Positions 37,260 to 44,150 of a stretch of 64,000 bases of DNA are shown here, piece by piece. The stretch is from NCBI GenBank assembly GCA_016194745.1, contig JACQBA010000012.1, positions 85,224 through 149,223 on the forward strand, written 5' to 3'. The position numbers and the translations under genes are program-made. Numbering within the stretch: position 1 is the first letter of the stretch; every line of letters begins with the position of its first letter. A model generated the notes under the pieces. It was not told the DNA's origin and did not search any database. It was given only the letters and a program-made list of their open reading frames with translations. This DNA comes from Elusimicrobiota bacterium (lineage in GTDB: Bacteria > Elusimicrobiota > Elusimicrobia > UBA1565 > JACRDR01).

Positions 37260-38288
37260 GGGGTCAATCTCTCTCGCCGCAGCGGCCTCCAGGAATAATC
37301 GCATTTCGGGATGTACAGCGCCGAATCGAATTTCGCGCGCCCGCCTCCTAGCGGCCCCGCGTCGAAGAACTCGCAGTAGAGCTTCGTCGGCCGGACGAAC
37401 CTCGCGTTCCACGGCTCCCGGTCGATGGTGAGGATGTAGAGATGACCGGCCGCGGCGTCCACTCCAAAGGCATCGTAGCACTCCACGAGCGGCACGTGAA
37501 GGTCTTGGGCCGACGTCCAGAGGGATCCTGGCGGCGGGCCGCCCGTCGCGGCGAGGTCCAGGACGGCCAGGAGCTTGCCGCCCGCGGGTCCCGGCTCGGG
37601 ATCGACGCCGAGGACCAGCGCGTCCTTCTCGCGCGCCATCATCATCTGCGCGCTGCCGAAGGCGTGGAACTTGAATTCGCGCAGCGCGTTGCCGACGGCG
37701 CGCATTAGGTCGTTGTTGGTGTCGCTGCGGAGGAAGTAGCCGCCGCGCCGCCGCCGGCCGCCTTCGCCCTCGATTACGACGGCGGCGCGGTAGCTCGCCT
37801 GATAGAAGCACCAGCCGAGAAGCGGCGCCGCGCCTTGCGGCCGCATGTCGCGCAGCGAGGACATGAGGACCTGCACCCACGCGCGGCCGCGGTGGAGCTC
37901 GGGCGCGAGCGGCGCAGGTAGGAGCGCGGCCAGGGCGTCCGGCTCGACGGCGTAGTTGAGCGAGACGGCCTCGATCCAGGTCGTCTTGACCGCGGTGAGC
38001 CAGCGCACCGACGGGCATTCGTCCTGGCCCCGGGCGAGCGCGCCGGGGTCGACGGCCGCCTCGAGTTCCGCGTGGAAGCGGTACAGCGCCTCGATGCCGC
38101 GCTGGGTCGGCCGAAGGTGCTCCGTCCCCTCGATCCACCCGTCGGCCGCGAGGCGCGCGAGCGTCGTACCTTGGTCGGGCAAGGACGCCCCCGCGAGCTT
38201 GCCCAGGAGGTCCGCGCGGCTGAGTCCCGCGCGCTCGCAGGCGAGGGCGGCGAGCGCGGCGTAGTCCTCGGCGGGACGCGCGCTCACA
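37244..38288 (-). CDS. Hypothetical protein (N-terminal winged-helix-like segment plus conserved C-terminal domain of unknown function)
   Basis: Long single-frame ORF. A GTG start at 38288 is inferred from the 4-bp GTGA overlap with the upstream membrane-protein stop. GWCFYQASYRAAV and HLYILTIDREPWNARF blocks suggest a conserved uncharacterised family. The 3' end overlaps the carbonic anhydrase start. Confidence 0.45.
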
Positions 38289-38874
38289 CGAGCCGCGCGC
38301 CGTCGGACTCGGGCGAGAGGCGCCGCAGGCGCTCGCGATGGAAGAGCGCGCCCACGCCGACTTGGAAGGAGCCCCACGCCGTCCCGAGGATCACGAACTG
38401 CCACTCGCGGAAGACCGCCATGAGCACGGCCGCGACCGCGGCGGCGACGGCCGGGGCGAAGAACTTCTTGCCCATGATCGTCGCCATGACCGCCATCGAC
38501 GACGCGGCCAGCACCGCGAGCATCGGGCCCATGAGGAAGAGCTCGAGGCCCATCAGCTGGTTGATCAGCCCCGTCAGGTTCGCGCCCGCGAAGAAGATGA
38601 GCCAGATCGAGTAGATCTGCGACTCGACGAAGGAGCGCGCGCCGGCGGTGCGAGTCTTGAGAAGGAAGGTGATCGCGAGCTCGACCGCCACGAGGCAGAA
38701 CCAAAGCGCCGGAAAGACCCAGAAGGGGACCTTCCGCCAGTAGAGCACGTTCGTAGCGACGAAACCGGCGAAGTTGATGACGCCCTGGATGATCCAGATG
38801 AGGCCCCAGTTCTGCATCACCGTGTCGTCGCGCGTCTGGCTGACGACGCGGCGCAGGAGCGCCAGTGCCTCCAT
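38284..38874 (-). CDS. Hypothetical membrane protein (5-6 TM)
   Basis: Start at MEALALLRR (38874). Hydrophobic helices throughout. First gene of the minus-strand string inside the MITE-bracketed segment. Confidence 0.5.
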   Translation of the reverse strand: MEALALLRRVVSQTRDDTVMQNWGLIWIIQGVINFAGFVATNVLYWRKVPFWVFPALWFCLVAVELAITFLLKTRTAGARSFVESQIYSIWLIFFAGANLTGLINQLMGLELFLMGPMLAVLAASSMAVMATIMGKKFFAPAVAAAVAAVLMAVFREWQFVILGTAWGSFQVGVGALFHRERLRRLSPESDGARLV

Positions 38875-39031
38875 CGCCTCTTGCCGTTCCACCGCCCAAA
38901 TATACGAAAAAAGAGGACGCCGACTAATGAAAAAGCGAACCACGGAGACCTAATGAGCTCCTTCTCCCGCTATCGCGGGAGACCGACGGGGTGAGGGTTC
39001 ATCGCCGTCGGCGTCGGCGGTGCCCACCGTC

Positions 39032-39113
39032 GGTGCCAGGTTTTCACAAGTTCTCCTAACTCTCCTAAGTCAAAAGTTAGGCGAGTTCGGAGAACTTGTG
39101 AAAACCTGGCACC
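39032..39113. repeat. 82-bp palindromic MITE/REP-like element, copy 2 (inverted relative to copy 1)
   Basis: Identical 25-bp terminal inverted repeats. The 32-bp centre taactctcctaagtcaaaagttaggcgagttc is about 85% identical to the reverse complement of the copy 1 centre. An extra cggtgcc heptamer lies 6 bp outside the left end. Confidence 0.8.
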
Positions 39114-39155
39114 ATCCGTGGGAGAGGGTGTCACTCGGGTTGCTTATCGGTCTCT

Positions 39156-39881
39156 CTAGTCTTCTTTCGTGTCGGCAGCGGAAATAGATTCGTTTCCGTG
39201 GCTTTGTGGAACGTCCGGTCTATTGGGATCGTCCTGGACGGAGGCGGCGATGGCTTCGCGAGCGCGCTGGTAGCGCTCGGCGGTGATGCCGAGGAGCTGC
39301 GCCTCGTGGGGGAGGAACAGGAGTTCCTCCATCGCCGGGATCGAGCGGCCGGAGTCCGCGAAGGACAGCATCCGGGAGTATGCCTGGCGCGCCTGCTCGG
39401 GCCTCACGCGGCCCGCGGCGACGTCGTGGGCGATGTTCAAGGTGAGGAAGTTCTTGGACTCGTCGTCGCCGGCGGCGGTGAGCTCTTCGTTGCGCCGGCT
39501 GACGGACAGGTCGAGCGGAGCGCGCTTCAAGTCCTTCCAGCGGTCGGAGGACGCGCGGTACTCGACCGTCTGCTTGAGGAAGCGCCTGCCCTTGGCCTCG
39601 AGCTCGATCCTCTTCCAGGGGGCTTTGTCGCGCCACAGGAAGCGCTTCTTCGTCGCCTTGTCCGGGTCGCCGTACTGCAGACGCAGGATGCGCGCGACCG
39701 CCCGCTGCGGCGCGGGCCATGACAGCGTCAGGGGGGTGAAGGGATCGTTGCGTTCCTCGGCGTACTGCGCGGCGGTCTGCACGGGGTCGCCGATCTTGAC
39801 CGTGCTATGCGCGCCGGAGGCCGGGCGCGCGAGGGCGGCGAGCGCCGCGGGAATGAGGAGCACTCCATGGGATCGATTCAT
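39156..39881 (-). CDS. Hypothetical secreted protein
   Basis: Signal peptide (MNRSHGVLLIPAALAALARPASGA), 241 aa, no recognised motif. Confidence 0.5.
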   Translation of the reverse strand: MNRSHGVLLIPAALAALARPASGAHSTVKIGDPVQTAAQYAEERNDPFTPLTLSWPAPQRAVARILRLQYGDPDKATKKRFLWRDKAPWKRIELEAKGRRFLKQTVEYRASSDRWKDLKRAPLDLSVSRRNEELTAAGDDESKNFLTLNIAHDVAAGRVRPEQARQAYSRMLSFADSGRSIPAMEELLFLPHEAQLLGITAERYQRAREAIAASVQDDPNRPDVPQSHGNESISAADTKED

Positions 39882-39986
39882 GGCGCCAGTATAGCGTCCC
39901 GTCGACGGGGAGGCCTATGATGGGGGCGCAAAGAATTCGTGTATACCCTGCGTCATAGAGCCGCCGGAGCGTGGTATAATAAATGC

Positions 39987-40304
39987 ATGGCTTCCCCAAA
40001 TCCCGCACTAGCCGTAGCGCCGTTCATGACCGCCGGAGGCGCGGGCTTTTACGCCGCGAGCTCCAAGGTCGCCGCGTTGCCCCCGCAGCTCAAATCCGTC
40101 CTAGAAGTGATGCCCCTTCATTTCGGCCGGCTTCCCGGCGACATCATGATCATGCAGAAGGGCTACATCATCTACATCCCGCTTTCCTCCGTGGCGCTTC
40201 TCTGGGGCCTCTGGGCCGGCGCGTCCAAGCTCCGCAGCCTCTACAAGGCCAAGTTCGGCGGCCAGGCCGTCGCCGAAGAAGTCGTCGAAGACGTCATTTC
40301 CTGA
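39987..40304 (+). CDS. DUF2905-like small membrane protein (paralog 1)
   Basis: HFGRLPGDIMIMQKGYIIYIPLSSVALLWGLWA matches the DUF2905 GRLPGDI ... Y.P core. Start taken from the track-frame M of MASPNPALAV. My manual indexing was off by 1 nt here, so the start is +-1. Confidence 0.55.
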   Translation: MASPNPALAVAPFMTAGGAGFYAASSKVAALPPQLKSVLEVMPLHFGRLPGDIMIMQKGYIIYIPLSSVALLWGLWAGASKLRSLYKAKFGGQAVAEEVVEDVIS

Positions 40305-40380
40305 CGAAACGCGGCGCTCCCGCAACGGTCCCCTGCCAAGGGGGGCTGGCTAAATTTCGGCGGACGGCTATACTAGGGCC

Positions 40381-40668
40381 ATGGCCGGGATCCCCCCGGG
40401 CGTTCAGCCCTTCATCCATGCAGGCGGCGTCGATTTCTACGGAGTCACGGCCGCCATCGGCGCGCTGCCGACGCCGCTGCGATCCATCTTAGGCAAGCTG
40501 CCGTTTCACTTCGGCCAAATGCCGGGGGACACCGTCATCGTGCTCCAGGGGATGGTGATGTACGCTCCCTTCGCCTCGATGGGGACCATCCTCGGGATCT
40601 TGGCCGCGGTCTCGAAGATCAAGAAGCTAATCGCCGGGCGCTTCAAGCCGGAAGACTTGGCCGACTAG
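40381..40668 (+). CDS. DUF2905-like small membrane protein (paralog 2)
   Basis: HFGQMPGDTVIVLQGMVMYAPFASMGTILGILAA. Clear tandem paralog of the preceding gene (shared FxxAGGxxFY ... ALPxxLxSxL ... HFGxxPGD architecture). Confidence 0.6.
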   Translation: MAGIPPGVQPFIHAGGVDFYGVTAAIGALPTPLRSILGKLPFHFGQMPGDTVIVLQGMVMYAPFASMGTILGILAAVSKIKKLIAGRFKPEDLAD

Positions 40669-40672
40669 TCCT

Positions 40673-40975
40673 CTACTTCACCCTCACTTCGACGACCGCG
40701 ATCTCGGACAAGAGCACCCACACCTCGTACATCTCCTTGCCGTGCGCGTTCTTCAAGACGACCGCGTTCGAGCTCAGGTCCTTGACCCAGCCGTTGTAGG
40801 TGGTCGAGCCGTTCTTGAGGATGACGACCACGCGGGTGTCGGTGTCCTGCGCCATCTTGAGCAGGTCGTCGGTCGAAACGTTGGCGGGGACGCTCGTCAT
40901 CCTCGGCTTCTCTTCGGCGGACGCCGGGCCGAGGGGGACGATCGCGAGTAGCGCGGTCAACGCAAGCTTGTTCAT
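40673..40975 (-). CDS. Small secreted hypothetical protein
   Basis: Signal peptide MNKLALTALLAIVPLGPASA. 100 aa. Confidence 0.45.
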   Translation of the reverse strand: MNKLALTALLAIVPLGPASAEEKPRMTSVPANVSTDDLLKMAQDTDTRVVVILKNGSTTYNGWVKDLSSNAVVLKNAHGKEMYEVWVLLSEIAVVEVRVK

Positions 40976-41004
40976 GTGGCCTCCGGATGCGGGCGGTGAT
41001 TGTA

Positions 41005-41316
41005 CTATTTAGGCGACCAGAGGTAGCGCTTCAGGGGGACGCGGCCGCTCTCGTCGAACGCGACGCCCTCGCGCTCGAGGAGGGCGCGCTGCTCCTCGCG
41101 GGCGTCGGGATGCTCGCGCCAGCTGATCTCGCCTTTGGAGTTGATCACGCGGTGCCAGGGCGCCGCCAGCTCCTCCGGGATCACGGCCATCGCGTAGCCG
41201 ACCTGCCGGGCGTTGCGCGGGATGCCGGCCAGGCACGCGAGTTGCCCGTACGTCGCGACCTTTCCGCGCGGGATCTTGGCGACCCAAGCGTAGATGCGGG
41301 CGTAGGTCGAGGCCAT
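41005..41316 (-). CDS. Alkyltransferase-like (ATL) protein: MGMT-fold DNA-binding domain with Trp replacing the active-site Cys
   Basis: PWHRVIN sits where O6-alkylguanine transferases have PCHRV. The preceding helix-turn-helix segment (ATYGQLACLAGIPRNARQVGYAMA) is conserved. 103 aa. Confidence 0.75.
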   Translation of the reverse strand: MASTYARIYAWVAKIPRGKVATYGQLACLAGIPRNARQVGYAMAVIPEELAAPWHRVINSKGEISWREHPDAREEQRALLEREGVAFDESGRVPLKRYLWSPK

Positions 41317-41360
41317 GGGGCAAGAATAGAAAATTCGCGGACGACAAACTACGTTCGATC

Positions 41361-41594
41361 CTAGCCGTCCGCGGGAGTCGCGCCGGGCGCCTCGGGGCCT
41401 TCGGGCGATTCGGGCGTCTCGCCGCGGGGGCCTTGCGCCGCGCTTCGCCGGCCGGGGTTCGGCTGGCAGGAGCAGCCTCCGTTGGCGGGGTCGCGCGTGA
41501 AGGCGCGGGGATCGTCGGACTCGTCGGAGTGCACCACGGTGAGCGGCGCGAGGCTCAGCAGCAAGAACGCGGCCGCGGCTAGTCGGAATTTCAT
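41361..41594 (-). CDS. Small secreted hypothetical protein
   Basis: Signal peptide MKFRLAAAAFLLLSLAPLTVVHS. 77 aa. Low complexity in the C-terminal half. Confidence 0.35.
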   Translation of the reverse strand: MKFRLAAAAFLLLSLAPLTVVHSDESDDPRAFTRDPANGGCSCQPNPGRRSAAQGPRGETPESPEGPEAPGATPADG

Positions 41595-41721
41595 GACAGC
41601 GTCTCCTAACTCCGAGGGGGTGCCGATAGGATGCCCGCGGCGGGCGGCGCGGCCGAGGGCCCGGGGGCCTCGGGAGGCGGCGCCGGAGGGCCCTATCGCG
41701 GCACGATAGGAAACGGGCTCC

Positions 41722-42501
41722 TTACCAGCGCGGCCAGAGCTTGCGGCGAGAGGCGGCGGCGAGCGCGAACAGCGGCTTGCGGCTCTCCGGGACCCGGCGG
41801 TAGTCGCGCTCCTTGATGACCACGCCGCGGTCGACCTCGACCAAGTTCGGGTCGCGGAACCAACTGCGGACGAAGACGGTCATGAGCAGCGGGCGCACCT
41901 CGCGGGACATGTTCGCGAGGCCGCCGTGGAAGACGCGGTAGTCGAAGAGATAGGAGAAGCCGAACCGTCCGGCGAGCCGATCCTCGGGGTACCGCCGCCG
42001 CACGACCGCCTCGCCGGGCGGGCGGGGCAGGAGCGCCTCGAGGTGCGAGCCGCGCCAGATCGCGGTCGGGCCGTTCTCCTCGCGTACGTCGCACAGCGGC
42101 GTCGCCAGTCCGATCGCGTACGGGGGCGTTTCGGCGAGGCCGCGGACGTGGAACGCCCTTTTCTTCCCGACGCGCGTGTCGAAGCGGATCGGCCCGTCGA
42201 TGTGCTGATGCTGGGGGCTCGAGCCCGGCAGCGAGATCACGGTCTCGAGGCTGCCGATGCAGTAGTCCGCGCCCAGCAGCGCGGACACGACGGCGTGCAG
42301 CCGCTCGTTCGCGTAGAACGCGGGCGATAGGAACGGCCCCTCGAACGGCAGCACCGCGGCGTAGCGCCCGCCGATATCGCGGATGAGGCCGTTACGGCGC
42401 AGCTCTCCGGACTCGTGCCTGCGCAGGACGAGGGCGCGGATCCTTTTCAACAGGGGGAGGGGGAAGATCGAGTCGAAGGCGACGGCGCCGTCGCGGCGCA
42501 T
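41722..42501 (-). CDS. Phytanoyl-CoA dioxygenase (PhyH)-family Fe(II)/2-oxoglutarate oxygenase
   Basis: HQHIDG (HxD facial triad) with a downstream GSH ... R pattern. ATG at 42501. The long upstream extension in the track ORF is low complexity. Confidence 0.65.
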   Translation of the reverse strand: MRRDGAVAFDSIFPLPLLKRIRALVLRRHESGELRRNGLIRDIGGRYAAVLPFEGPFLSPAFYANERLHAVVSALLGADYCIGSLETVISLPGSSPQHQHIDGPIRFDTRVGKKRAFHVRGLAETPPYAIGLATPLCDVREENGPTAIWRGSHLEALLPRPPGEAVVRRRYPEDRLAGRFGFSYLFDYRVFHGGLANMSREVRPLLMTVFVRSWFRDPNLVEVDRGVVIKERDYRRVPESRKPLFALAAASRRKLWPRW

Positions 42502-42578
42502 GGAGGATTGGATGCTCCCCAGCAGGCGCGGAGGCACTTTCGCCCCGAGGTGGAAGTGGTCGATGGACTTTCGGGAGC

Positions 42579-43322
42579 TCAAGCGGTGAAGAAGGCGGGC
42601 ACGGTCTCCGCGATCTTGGACCCGATCCCGTCGCCCTCGGCGATCATGATGTCGAGGCCGTCGCGGTCCCCCAGCTTGCCCCGGATGGCGAGGCCGACGT
42701 CCTTCTGGATCGCCTGGCGGACGGAATCGGAGGCCTGTCCGAGCTTGAGGACGAGCGCGAGCCGAGGACGGCCTTGTCCCCCGAGCACGAGCTGCCCGAG
42801 GTGCGCGGCCCGGACCTCGGGGCTCTTGGCGAGACACTCGCGCAGCGCGGGAAGCAGCTCCGGCGGGACTTCCTTCGGCGCGCCGATGAGCACCTGGGTC
42901 CCGGCGGGGATCGCGACGCGCTCGGGGCCTGCGGCCGCCATGCGCTCGCGCAGCCAGCGCAGCTCGTCGACGACGAAGAGCTTGAAGCCCGGGCAGCCGA
43001 TGTTGAGCGCGATCTGGACGCTCGGGTCCATCCCCTCGAGCAGCGCGTGCGCGGGGATGCCGACGAAGGAGATCGCGCGCTTCGCCCAGTCGGCGAGGCG
43101 GCGCTCGCTGTCGAAGACGGGCAACAGCGGCGTCCCCTCGTTGTCGAGGAGCACGGGGTTGAAGCTCGCGCCCTCCTCCGCGCGGCGGGGCGCGCCGTCC
43201 CCGCCCTCTCCGTCGACGGTCGGGATGATGAGCACCGTGCGCAGGAAAAGGTCGTAAAACGCGTCGGACTTCGACTGGTCCTTCTGCGCGGCGGCGAGGG
43301 CGTCGTCGAGGGCGCTCGTCAT
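42579..43322 (-). CDS. SseB-family protein
   Basis: From ATG 43322 (MTSALDDALAAAQKDQSKSDAFYDLFLRTVLIIP), consistent with the SseB N-terminal domain. Overlaps the upstream Cys-rich gene by 4 bp (ATGA). Confidence 0.6.
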   Translation of the reverse strand: MTSALDDALAAAQKDQSKSDAFYDLFLRTVLIIPTVDGEGGDGAPRRAEEGASFNPVLLDNEGTPLLPVFDSERRLADWAKRAISFVGIPAHALLEGMDPSVQIALNIGCPGFKLFVVDELRWLRERMAAAGPERVAIPAGTQVLIGAPKEVPPELLPALRECLAKSPEVRAAHLGQLVLGGQGRPRLALVLKLGQASDSVRQAIQKDVGLAIRGKLGDRDGLDIMIAEGDGIGSKIAETVPAFFTA

Positions 43323-43735
43323 TTCTTCGGCGGAACTTTCGCGGCGGCGTCGGCGAGCTGCCGGCAGAGCTCGGAGAAATCTCCACGGTGCGCCTTGAGG
43401 CACGCGCGCATCGCCTCGCCCCGAGCCCCCTTGCAGGACTTCGCGAACTCGGCGGTGCAGGAGGACGCCTTGGCGGAGCCCGGCGTCTTGCCGGCGGGAA
43501 GGGCGGCTCCCTTGGAGGCGTCGAGCGCCTTGCGGCACTCCGGCGCGACCTCGGCCTTGTGCTCCATGAGGCAGGCGAGCGGGCCAGGCCCGCCGGGCTT
43601 GGGCTTACATAGCGTGCGCAGGTCCTTGCGGCAGGCGAGCGTGATGTCGACGGCGGCGTCGTTGGTGTCCGCCGCGGCGGCGGGAAGGACGGCGAAGGCG
43701 GCGAGAAGCGGGAGAGCCAGGAGAGGGTTTCGCAT
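43319..43735 (-). CDS. Secreted cysteine-repeat protein
   Basis: Signal peptide. Three or four repeats of a C-x-K/R-D/A-L ... C motif (ACRKDLRTLC, ACLMEHKAEVAPECRKAL, CTAEFAKSC, ACLKAHRGDFSELC). Confidence 0.5.
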   Translation of the reverse strand: MRNPLLALPLLAAFAVLPAAAADTNDAAVDITLACRKDLRTLCKPKPGGPGPLACLMEHKAEVAPECRKALDASKGAALPAGKTPGSAKASSCTAEFAKSCKGARGEAMRACLKAHRGDFSELCRQLADAAAKVPPKK

Positions 43736-44150
43736 GACGAGCATCATACGAAATTAGGCCGCGCTCCTTCCCGCGCCGGACTTATCTCCGCGCGCGCCGC
43801 ATGACGGGGCCGTCACCTCCGGGTCGGCGGTCAACGACCGGGCGAGGGCCCCCATCCTCCGCGGCGGACGGTGCGGGTCGTTCGCGCGGCGCCCTTGGAG
43901 CGATCGCGCCGATTCAGGAACCCGTTTCCGCCGCTTTCGTCTGCGCGCGTCGCATCGGCGGGCGGCGTTTTCCGGCGCTGATGCAGCACTCCTTTGGCCT
44001 TCTTGAGGCCTGAACGCTCTTGAGAATACAGGAATCCTTCCGCTCTTGTCGTCACGGTTCCTCCACGAGGCAACAATAGTGTAGCGCCGCCGAGGGGAAA
44101 AGCCCATGGACCGCCTGTAAATCAAATGTCTCCGCGGCTCCGCCGCCGCG

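Noticed and set aside
39939-39990. Apparent 1-nt frame inconsistency between my manual position count and the ORF-track translation (MYTLRHRAAGAW...)
   Set aside because: This is most likely my own indexing slip in a G-rich run. The track frame is consistent with the stop at 40302-40304, so I kept the track-derived coordinates.
41722-43386. Track ORF 41722..43386 (554 aa) as one protein
   Set aside because: Only the C-terminal 259 aa (from ATG 42501) show PhyH motifs. The upstream part is Arg/Pro low complexity overlapping the SseB gene in another frame.
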